NCBI RefSeq assembly: GCF_000406145.1 | Contig: NZ_CM001976.1 | Location: 2,674,379-2,706,378 of the forward strand | DNA length: 32,000 nt | Reading direction: 5' to 3' | Origin: Dickeya dadantii NCPPB 898 | GTDB taxonomy: Bacteria > Pseudomonadota > Gammaproteobacteria > Enterobacterales > Enterobacteriaceae | Shown: in pieces, positions 20,616-28,074 of the stretch | How positions within the stretch are numbered: the stretch's first letter is position 1 | Layout: every line of letters starts with the position of its first letter | Made by a program: the position numbers and the translations under genes | Notes under the pieces: model-generated | Told to the model about the DNA's origin: nothing | Databases searched by the model: none | The model's input: the letters and a program-made list of their open reading frames with translations, nothing else

Positions 20616-20620
20616 GGATA

Positions 20621-21490
20621 TCAGAAGCTGGGGGTTAGCGTCAGCACCACCACACCGCGCGGCGTGACCTCATCCACCCCGCACTGGAATTGTGAGCCGC
20701 CGCCTTCGACCTGCATTTTACGCCCCGGCAACAGCGCCACATCGTAGATGTCGCTCTTGCCGTCGATATCCAGCAGCCAACGACCATTGCTGATACTGGT
20801 AATTCCGGTATCCACCAGCCAGGAAGACGAACTCCCTTCCACCAGCAGAGGCGCATGCAATCCCGCAGGAATAAACTGCGGATCCGCCTTCCACTCACCC
20901 GCATCCTGCAGTTTTCCGGTTTTCAACAGATTACGCGGGATCAGGCAAATGCCGCTGTCGTCGTGACGGCTGACGGGCGCGTCATTCTGCTGCGGCGAAC
21001 CTCTACCGGTTGCCAGCCACGCCAGCGACACACCGGTATCCAGCGCACAGGTGACCACCACATCCCCCGGAAAGAAATCGCGGCGAATCCAGGTGCTGAT
21101 CGTACCGGGCGCGATGCCCAGCAGATCGCCCAGCTCTTTTTGCGTGCTGAAGCCATAGGCATCAAGCATACGACGCAGTACAGCCTTGCCGCCCGATGAC
21201 AGAATCTGCTCATAAAGCGCTTTGCCTTTCAGCGGCGATTTATACGTAAACACATTCGCATTTGCGAACTCCCCGGTGACCAGCCATCCGGCATCCGCTC
21301 CGGTATCAAGCGCGCACTTCAAAATAATATTACCCGGCACATTCCCTCGCTGAACCCAGTTACTGATTGTATTGGTAGGTATCTCAGTCACCTCGCTCAG
21401 TTCCTTCTGAGTCTTTACTCCGTAGCTTGACATGATGCGCTCAAGCACGAAGGCCGCAGACACGGCATTACTATTTGTATTCAAAAACAC
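20621..21490 (-). CDS. cI: Phage CI-type repressor with two tandem CI-repressor HTH domains and a C-terminal beta-rich (S24-like or oligomerisation) domain
   Basis: 289 aa. Residues 15-73 and 104-162 both carry the 186-CI-type HTH pattern (VL.R....YG..TQKEL......TIS.W..R...PG.....CALDTG....WL.TG). The gene is divergent from the early operon. The start is GTG 21490, or possibly TTG 21484 behind GAGG. Confidence 0.8.
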   Translation of the reverse strand: MFLNTNSNAVSAAFVLERIMSSYGVKTQKELSEVTEIPTNTISNWVQRGNVPGNIILKCALDTGADAGWLVTGEFANANVFTYKSPLKGKALYEQILSSGGKAVLRRMLDAYGFSTQKELGDLLGIAPGTISTWIRRDFFPGDVVVTCALDTGVSLAWLATGRGSPQQNDAPVSRHDDSGICLIPRNLLKTGKLQDAGEWKADPQFIPAGLHAPLLVEGSSSSWLVDTGITSISNGRWLLDIDGKSDIYDVALLPGRKMQVEGGGSQFQCGVDEVTPRGVVVLTLTPSF

Positions 21491-21500
21491 CTCACGAGTA

Positions 21501-21530
21501 TTTACATATACACGTTACGTGTTTTATAGT
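21501..21530 (+). promoter_or_regulatory. Candidate early (pR-like) promoter with an operator palindrome in the spacer
   Basis: TTTACA (21501-21506), an 18-nt spacer, then TATAGT (21525-21530). The perfect 13-bp palindrome ACACGTTACGTGT (21510-21522) lies in the spacer. A leftward TATAAA (complement of 21523-21528) and GTTACA (complement of 21545-21550) could be the repressor promoter. Confidence 0.35.
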
Positions 21531-21587
21531 GTCTACACAGCACATGTAACACCATAGAACACCCTGGCCTGGGGGAGATATTGCTTT

Positions 21588-22058
21588 ATGTCGGACGAGA
21601 TTTCAATTCTAACGCACATTTCTGAGGAAAATCCTACCGCAGCGAGTTCATCCGCAGTGGCAGAAATCAGCTTTTTGGCTGTCAACCAACGGTTTCATGC
21701 TATACCCGACCGGGCGTTAACTTCTTTCACCGGCTTGCGCAGCGCGGTATATAACGCCGCGTCAGTCCCCATGACGCGGCGTGCGTCCTGCCGCACAAGC
21801 ACGTCATGGATCCAGTCTGCCCACATCGTGCCTCAGCGCAATTTTGCAAATGCAAAAACGGCATTCATCACTGCTACGACGACAGCCGTTTTTTCCAGCC
21901 TCATCACCGCCCGAGCGCCATCGGCGCAGTACAGCCGTTCAACCGTTGTGAATGGCGGCAATGATTTTAACACTAAGTTCGGAAATTCGAATTCAGCGGA
22001 TATTTCGCGTCGGTTGCCGGAGGCTGACGGCCGCGATGGTAAACGGGCGTCATCATGA
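21588..22058 (+). CDS. Hypothetical first early-operon ORF (doubtful coding assignment)
   Basis: GGGGGAGA RBS lies 9 nt upstream of the ATG, and the stop overlaps the next ATG (ATGA at 22055-22058). However, the 156-aa product is Ser/Thr/Ala-rich and Leu-poor, and the antisense frame looks more protein-like (see findings). Confidence 0.35.
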   Translation: MSDEISILTHISEENPTAASSSAVAEISFLAVNQRFHAIPDRALTSFTGLRSAVYNAASVPMTRRASCRTSTSWIQSAHIVPQRNFANAKTAFITATTTAVFSSLITARAPSAQYSRSTVVNGGNDFNTKFGNSNSADISRRLPEADGRDGKRASS

Positions 22059-22603
22059 AGCCCCATTATGCCTTTACCGCCGAACATCTGCAGACCTTGC
22101 CGCCCAATTTGCGGGCGCTGATCGGAAAACACTTCGCGGATTCGCGCTGGGCGCAGACGTGCGTTTTTTATCGGCGGCTCTCCGAACGCTATCGCCGCAC
22201 GCTGTGTTTTCATGCCGCGCTGCACCACCGCTGGTGTGTCTATCAACTGGAAGAGATGGATGAAATGGCGCGCGAAAGAATCGTCAGCGCGCTGAATGAA
22301 CTGCGTAGCGCATTCGACTTGCCGGAAAAACAGGAGCCAGGCCAGCTCCTGTACTCGGTTCGGGTCCTCACCCTCAGCGAACGACGCACGCTGTTTTTCC
22401 ATGCCGGGCTCACGACCCAGGAATTCGATCAACCTTTGCGGCGCATTGATGAGTCGGATTGCCAGTGGGCGAAAGCGCTTAACCGCGCCCTCGGCGAGTT
22501 GCATAGCCTGTTTGCCGAGGCGCCGGACATTCTGACCAGCATCAGACCTGAACACTATTTCAACGCCGAACACTATTTCAGCGCCGAACACCATTCGCGT
22601 TGA
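22055..22603 (+). CDS. Hypothetical phage early protein with internal duplication
   Basis: 182 aa with high third-position GC and CTG-rich codon usage typical of this genome. Same orientation as gpA. Internal repeat LSERYRRTLCFHAAL / LSERRTLFFHAGL. Confidence 0.7.
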   Translation: MKPHYAFTAEHLQTLPPNLRALIGKHFADSRWAQTCVFYRRLSERYRRTLCFHAALHHRWCVYQLEEMDEMARERIVSALNELRSAFDLPEKQEPGQLLYSVRVLTLSERRTLFFHAGLTTQEFDQPLRRIDESDCQWAKALNRALGELHSLFAEAPDILTSIRPEHYFNAEHYFSAEHHSR

Positions 22604-22722
22604 CGACAGTTTCGCTGACGGCAGATCGCGTCAGTAAAAACGACATCGTTAACTCAACCGCCAGCACACAGGCCACCGTTCAGGATGGTCCGCCTTGTTG
22701 CTGCTTAACATCAGGAAATTGT

Positions 22723-22938
22723 ATGAAAAATACACAAACGAATCACAAGACGTCGTCCCTTACCAGGCGGCATATCCCAAATGACGTCTGGCGTACCGAC
22801 CTTGCTCATCGCTATAGCGAGCATCTGGAGCAGCTGGCGCAACACGCCCGGCAGGAACAGCTGTCCGCTCAGGAACTGGTGGCGTTGCTACAACAGGAAG
22901 CCGAAAACATTCGGCACCAGATTTGGGAGGCGCACTAA
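22723..22938 (+). CDS. Hypothetical small phage protein (predicted helical/coiled)
   Basis: The ATG at 22723 follows an AGGA RBS. The 71-aa product ends in TAATG, overlapping the next start. The tracked start at 22600 is an unsupported upstream extension. Confidence 0.55.
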   Translation: MKNTQTNHKTSSLTRRHIPNDVWRTDLAHRYSEHLEQLAQHARQEQLSAQELVALLQQEAENIRHQIWEAH

Positions 22939-23162
22939 TGGCAGACAGTATGGACATTTCCCAGGAGCAGCAAGCCATGCTGCTGGATGCGCAAATCGCC
23001 CATGCCCGCAAAGCCCCGGTCGCTCACACCGCCCATGTCTGCGAGGACTGTGATGCGCCGATTCCCGAAGCCCGCCGTCAGGCGATCCCCGGGGTGACGT
23101 GCTGCGTGGCGTGCCAGGAAATTCGCGAACAGAAACAACGTCACTACCGTTCACCGTCCTGA
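22938..23162 (+). CDS. TraR/DksA-family C4 zinc-finger protein (P2 orf82-like)
   Basis: CEDCDAPIPEARRQAIPGVTCCVACQ is a C-x2-C...C-x2-C motif typical of phage TraR-like proteins located just before gpA. GGGAGG RBS. Confidence 0.85.
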   Translation: MADSMDISQEQQAMLLDAQIAHARKAPVAHTAHVCEDCDAPIPEARRQAIPGVTCCVACQEIREQKQRHYRSPS

Positions 23163-23258
23163 GCATGTTTTCACTGACTGACAAGCCAGGGTCGATCTGC
23201 GGCTATTCCCGCCGGTAATCCGGCAAACATTCATCGGGTAGGTAAACGCTGGCTGGTT

Positions 23259-25385
23259 ATGACGTCTGACGAAACCGAAAAAAACGCCGACAACCGGGGC
23301 GACCGCTGGGCATACCCGTGGAATGCGCCCCGCCCCGCCATACTGCCCGAATCCAGCGCATTGTCTGCGGACACCTTGCAGCAGGGACAGGCGGTACTGT
23401 ATCTGCTGGCGTTGCTGCCGCGTTTTCTGGCCGGCCATTTCCGCCGTCGCTTCGATTATCTGAAGCAGCATCAGGGGCTGGCCGCCGCGTTCAGCTACCT
23501 GTTATCGGTGGTTCAGCGGCGGCTCTGGCCCCGAATCGACGCCGTCAACGCCCGCTACCGGATGAACACGGCCTTATCTTCACGCTTCATCAGCGAAGCG
23601 GAGCAGTATCACCAGTTGCCGGATATGCCGGACAAGGTGCTGCGCGCGTTCGCCGGCCGCATCGCCGCCCACATGAACGATGCCTACCATGCCCACTGCG
23701 AACGCTACCTGCAGGAATGTCCCGGCGATGCTCAGGCGACGTTATTCAACGATGAAACACAAGCGCGCATCTATGGTCGGTTAGCGACACTGGCGCAAGC
23801 CCTGAACGTGACGCCCGCCCACTGGCATCGCCATCAGAACGGAACGCTCACGCTGGAACAGGCGTGCGCCGGCATTATGCGGCTGGTCAACCCCCGCTGG
23901 TGGGAACGCCAGTTGAAGATTCAGCGAGCCCGCTGGCGCGAGGCATTGTGGATTGCCGGCGGCGAGGTGAGCCGGGCCGCGTCTCCCTTTCTCAGCCGCC
24001 AGGCATTGCAGGATATCCGCTACCGCCGTCTGGCGACGCTGGATTTTCTGAAAAGTCGCGAGCTGGAGAATACCCGCAACGGCGAGCGGGTCGATTTGAT
24101 CGATAAAGTCATGGGCAGTATCGCCAACCCGGAAATTCGCCGAATGGAACTGATGACCATGCTGGCGGGTATTGAGCGTTACGCGACCGCACACCACCAC
24201 ATCGGTATGCTGGTGACATTCACCGCTCCCGGCCACTACCATCCCACCCGTACTCGCGGTCACGAGCGAGTATTGGTCAACACCGGATGGATGCCGGACT
24301 GCCCTTCGCCCAAAATGACCCAGCATTATCTGGTCAAGCTATGGGGAAAAATCCGTACCGCGCTCAAAGACCGTAAACTGCACATCTACGGATTACGGGT
24401 CGTGGAACCCCATCACGACGGCACGCCGCACTGGCACATAATGCTGTATTGCGAACGCGCACAGCGTCAGGCGATCGTCGAGATCCTGCGTCGCTATGCC
24501 CAGCCTGGTGAAAGCGAGCGCACGGTGGCGCATAACCGCCGGTTTGACTGCAAGCACATCAACAAGGGCGGCGCGGCGGCGTACGTCGCCAAATACATCG
24601 CCAAAAATATCGATGGCTATGCGCTCGACGGTGAAGCAGACCACGAAACCGGAAAGCCGCTAAAAGAGATGGCCGCCGCCGCCTCGGCCTGGGCCTCGCT
24701 CTGGCGCATTCCGCAATTCCATTTCATCGGGTTGCCCACGATTGGCGCGTACCGCGAATGCCGTCGAATTCGCAGCCGGTCATTGCAGGACGAACTGGGC
24801 GAACAGGCCGAAGTGGTGAGATTTGCGGCGGATCGCGGCGACTTCGCGGCCTATATCGAAGCGCAGGGCGGCGCGAATGTCGCCAGGCAACGCCAGTCGG
24901 TTCGTGTCGCCAGAGCCGCCAGCGAACGGCTGAACGCCTACGATGAAACTATCGTACGCACCATCGGTATTTTTTCCGCCCAGCGCGGTCGCGAGCGTGT
25001 CTTCACCACCCGGCTGGACGAATGGCAAATCGTGGCCAAACACCACGCCGGCGGCGATGTTGCCAACGGCCGTCGCCCGGCTCTGCCTTGGAGTTCTGTC
25101 AATAACTGTGGGGGCGCGTTTTCGTCCGACGCGCTCCCTTACCCATTTCGCGATATTCCTCGCGTTCCTTCAGCGCGGCTAACCTATTTTCAGCGCGATC
25201 GACTGGCGTCGTTGCGCCCCCGCCTGAGCCAGCAAGGTATTGATATCTCACGCTGGGAACGGGAGGCGTTGGTGCGCGGCGCCAGCGTGAAAATTGACGG
25301 CCAACTGATTGATGAATTTAGGAATAAAGCTATATCCGCCGTTGATGAAAAGCGCATCATGGGCAAACAGGTCCTGCACTTATGA
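23259..25385 (+). CDS. gpA: P2 gpA-family replication initiation endonuclease (rolling-circle HUH nuclease)
   Basis: 708 aa with the HUH motif EPHHDGTPHWHIMLY and the catalytic tyrosine pair AAAYVAKYIAKNIDGYALD, matching P2 gpA as recalled. Confidence 0.92.
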   Translation: MTSDETEKNADNRGDRWAYPWNAPRPAILPESSALSADTLQQGQAVLYLLALLPRFLAGHFRRRFDYLKQHQGLAAAFSYLLSVVQRRLWPRIDAVNARYRMNTALSSRFISEAEQYHQLPDMPDKVLRAFAGRIAAHMNDAYHAHCERYLQECPGDAQATLFNDETQARIYGRLATLAQALNVTPAHWHRHQNGTLTLEQACAGIMRLVNPRWWERQLKIQRARWREALWIAGGEVSRAASPFLSRQALQDIRYRRLATLDFLKSRELENTRNGERVDLIDKVMGSIANPEIRRMELMTMLAGIERYATAHHHIGMLVTFTAPGHYHPTRTRGHERVLVNTGWMPDCPSPKMTQHYLVKLWGKIRTALKDRKLHIYGLRVVEPHHDGTPHWHIMLYCERAQRQAIVEILRRYAQPGESERTVAHNRRFDCKHINKGGAAAYVAKYIAKNIDGYALDGEADHETGKPLKEMAAAASAWASLWRIPQFHFIGLPTIGAYRECRRIRSRSLQDELGEQAEVVRFAADRGDFAAYIEAQGGANVARQRQSVRVARAASERLNAYDETIVRTIGIFSAQRGRERVFTTRLDEWQIVAKHHAGGDVANGRRPALPWSSVNNCGGAFSSDALPYPFRDIPRVPSARLTYFQRDRLASLRPRLSQQGIDISRWEREALVRGASVKIDGQLIDEFRNKAISAVDEKRIMGKQVLHL

Positions 25386-25386
25386 G

Positions 25387-25429
25387 TTGACGAATATTAC
25401 TGAATAAAGTACTGTATATAAATACAGTC
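25387..25429 (+). promoter_or_regulatory. SOS-regulated promoter: TTGACG -35, TACTGT -10 overlapped by a LexA box
   Basis: TACTGTATATAAATACAGTC (25410-25429) has a CTG-N10-CAG core and matches TACTG(TA)5CAGTA at 18 of 20 positions by my count. TTGACG (25387-25392) lies 17 nt upstream of TACTGT. Confidence 0.8.
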
Positions 25430-25448
25430 TCACAATGGAAGAGGTACC

Positions 25449-25670
25449 GTGGAACAGACTGAAAACAGAGAGCTGACCTTGTCAAGGATTCGATTAATTG
25501 CCGATATATCATTGATATCACAATGCAATCCTGAAGAAATGAAAATCGCCATGTCGTTGATCGCCGACTTATCTCACGGCGAACTCCCGGACAGTGATTA
25601 TCAACAGTTTCTGAAAAACAGCAGTGATGGACAGCAGCTTAAAGCATGGTTCGAACAACAAATGTTGTAA
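25449..25670 (+). CDS. Small LexA-controlled ORF, candidate Tum-like antirepressor
   Basis: GAGG (25441-25444) precedes GTG at 25449. The ORF is 73 aa, AT-rich and acidic, with an internal repeat LIADIS / LIADLS. It sits immediately downstream of the SOS box and after gpA, as tum does in phage 186. Confidence 0.5.
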   Translation: MEQTENRELTLSRIRLIADISLISQCNPEEMKIAMSLIADLSHGELPDSDYQQFLKNSSDGQQLKAWFEQQML

Positions 25671-26243
25671 GGGATTTCGATGGATAATAATGACCGACGT
25701 GAAATTCCCTGGCCGATAGCCAGAGGCACGTGCAAATTAATGGATTTTCTCTGTGGCTAACACGCCCGACTAATACGCAGCAAAATTTTTTTCGTATCCA
25801 GACCGTTCAATAAAAAGGTCTGACTGGCCAAAGCCGGTATATACATTTTGGTATAAATTTTAATTCTGACTCAGTGCAAACCTGTTCGTTGGTCATGTTT
25901 TTTCTTTAACACAGCAGTACGGAATTAGGGTATTCCCATGTAAAAACGTCTGGTAGTGATATTACCCCCGGCCTTCCCGGTACCTTTAACGTACAATATC
26001 CCCTGCCAGCAAGGATCGGCAGGGGACATAATAAGCGGGCACCCTAAAAGAACCATAATAAGCCGCGCGAACAATAAACAAGGGACATGCTAACCAGACA
26101 CCCCTGACACCATTTTCCGCCTGTTGTTGTGTCATCCGTCCAACGCCTTTCCCGCATTGCGACCGCTATCGTTCCTCTGGAGGATAAAGGACCCGAGATA
26201 ACCCGTTTTACTCGATCTTTTTATCTGAACTTAAAGGTATCAC

Positions 26244-26447
26244 ATGAAAGTTTACGCCCATCAGGACGACACCCTGGACGCGCTCTGTTACCGCTACTAC
26301 GGCCGCAAGCAAGGCGTGGTGGAAACGGTTATGCTGTCCAACCACGGGCTTGCGGACCTTGGCCCGATTCTGCCGCACGGCACCGCCGTCACCCTGCCCG
26401 ATATGAATACTTCCGGCTCACAGGAAAGCGTCAATATCTGGGAATAA
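26244..26447 (+). CDS. gpX: P2 tail protein X (LysM-like)
   Basis: 67 aa, the same length as P2 gpX. MKVYAHQDDTLDALCYRYYGR...LP resembles gpX as recalled. Confidence 0.88.
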   Translation: MKVYAHQDDTLDALCYRYYGRKQGVVETVMLSNHGLADLGPILPHGTAVTLPDMNTSGSQESVNIWE

Positions 26448-26522
26448 TGCCGGATCATCAGGCTCCATGCTTGCCTTCGGCTGATAACACATGGAGATCG
26501 CCGCCACACCAGGAACCTTATC

Positions 26523-26984
26523 ATGCAAAAACCACAAAGCCTCAAACTTGCACTGACCAGCGCGCTACCCGCGTTGGGCAATGCGTTACAGTTTCGGATC
26601 CAGGAGGGGGAAATCGCCGCGTTGCAAGAGCCGTCCCTGTCGTTTGAATACCGCTATCAGTTGCTGCTGACGTTGACTAATTTCTCTGACAATCCCGACA
26701 CCCTTTTCGTCACCCTGCTGCTCTGGGTGCGTCAGAATCAGCCGGACCTGCTAACGCGTGAAAGTATCCGCAACAAAGGCATCAGTTTTACGATCGACAA
26801 CAACGCGGATAACACCAGCACGCTGTCCGTACGGCTCAACCTGACTGAGCGCAACCGGGTCAATGAACAGAATCAAAGCCTGCAGGTGCATTATGAACCG
26901 GAGCCAACACCGCCCGAACCGGTTAGCCGGCCCACGGCACTGTATATCGCCGGTGAACCGGTCAGTCAGTGGAAAGGGAACTGA
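26523..26984 (+). CDS. gpR: P2 tail completion protein R
   Basis: 153 aa versus 155 aa for P2 gpR. Shared blocks by eye: SLSFE.RY.L, LL.W.R.NQPD, FT...DNN.D.S, LTER, EPPPPEPV.RP..LYI.GE.VS.W. Confidence 0.85.
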   Translation: MQKPQSLKLALTSALPALGNALQFRIQEGEIAALQEPSLSFEYRYQLLLTLTNFSDNPDTLFVTLLLWVRQNQPDLLTRESIRNKGISFTIDNNADNTSTLSVRLNLTERNRVNEQNQSLQVHYEPEPTPPEPVSRPTALYIAGEPVSQWKGN

Positions 26985-27012
26985 CCCCTCTAGATATCAT
27001 TTCCTTCGTGAT

Positions 27013-27037
27013 GGCCGTTGTGAATACGGCCTTTTTT
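27013..27037 (+). terminator. Rho-independent terminator after gpR
   Basis: GGCCGT (27013-27018) pairs with ACGGCC (27026-27031) across a 7-nt loop, followed by TTTTTT (27032-27037). Confidence 0.8.
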
Positions 27038-27312
27038 CCTGAGAAACTATAAGTAATGATTATTTCATGATCTAAAACTTTCATCTTATTTATTTCCATC
27101 CCGTAATTTTCATAATAAACTTTATCTCCGATCTACCTACACGCCTTCTTTATTTTCTTCATCGCAAATTATTTCAGAAATCGTTTTCTACTGTTATCGC
27201 CGGGGATTAATCAGTAATACCCTATTACCTTCTATGCCTCATCAGCGAAAACCTGCTGACGCTATTACCTCATCCACTCTCTTTTGGATTGAATAACTGA
27301 AGGGAAACACCA

Positions 27313-28074
27313 TTGGATAACAGCCGAAGTTTGCCACGTAATATACGAAAGGAATTACTCCATTTTAAACATTTTGGTAACAATGAAGGATTTCTTTATT
27401 ACCCAAAAATCATGGAAGATATTCGCCCTTCTCTGCCTGAAAACGCCATCTCCCATTGCGGCGGCAATGGTGAAAAGTTCAGAAAGTTGCTTACTCTGTT
27501 CGGCGGTCATTTGGGCGACCCGTATAGCCCGACCGCCGTTCCCGGCGCGTCACCGCAGCTCACCAGTATTTTCTCTTCTTACGGATTGCTGACGGCCAGA
27601 GCGGATTCGCCAACGCCGGTGTTTACCCAGCCCGACTTTCTGCTGCTGTATTGCCGGTGTGAAACGTCCGTCTTCAAAATACTGGTTGGCATCGCCAGCC
27701 TTCGTCATGTTATTACGCATATGGACCGGCAAACCCGCATCGAATTATGCCTGCCGCAGTATACGCTGCGCCCCGGCGCCATCAGCCAGGAGCAAACGCC
27801 GTTCAGTCTCCTCAGCGCCGACCGCGACCCCTTTTTGACCTGTACGCCTGACCTGGCGTATCCCCTGACCTCGCCCGCCAGATATGCGTTGCTGAAGTTC
27901 GACCCGCTGCTGAAAAACAGCATGCAATGGCTCAATCTGAAACGGGGCGATCTGCTCATTATCGACAGCCGTCGCAGTACCCACACCTGTGTGCCATTTA
28001 CCCCGTTTTTCCGCCAGGATTCCCCTTACCTGGCGCACATGTTCATCAACAAACCGAACCCGACACAACACTGA
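27313..28074 (+). CDS. Orphan protein in an AT-rich island; C-terminal half resembles TauD/TfdA / clavaminate-synthase-like Fe(II)/2OG oxygenases
   Basis: TTG start behind GGGA; an alternative ATG is at 27412. Motifs QPDFLLLYCRCE (aa 106-117), DPFL, and GDLLIIDSRRSTHTCVPF (aa 212-229) resemble the CAS-like pattern RPDYL.L.C ... GD.L..DN.R..H.R.PF. The GC content is visibly lower than in the flanking tail genes. Confidence 0.6.
   Translation: MDNSRSLPRNIRKELLHFKHFGNNEGFLYYPKIMEDIRPSLPENAISHCGGNGEKFRKLLTLFGGHLGDPYSPTAVPGASPQLTSIFSSYGLLTARADSPTPVFTQPDFLLLYCRCETSVFKILVGIASLRHVITHMDRQTRIELCLPQYTLRPGAISQEQTPFSLLSADRDPFLTCTPDLAYPLTSPARYALLKFDPLLKNSMQWLNLKRGDLLIIDSRRSTHTCVPFTPFFRQDSPYLAHMFINKPNPTQH

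Noticed and set aside
22055-22594. Upstream part of the 253-aa minus-strand ORF (21833..22594)
   Set aside because: The plus-strand 182-aa ORF has high GC3, CTG-rich codon usage and operon context. The minus-strand product is R/Q/F-rich and antisense-like over this stretch. Its 3' part below 22055 is discussed as a finding instead.
26129-26647. 172-aa plus-strand ORF overlapping gpX and the start of gpR
   Set aside because: It is out of frame with two recognisable P2 homologues, and the product is Arg/Pro-rich.
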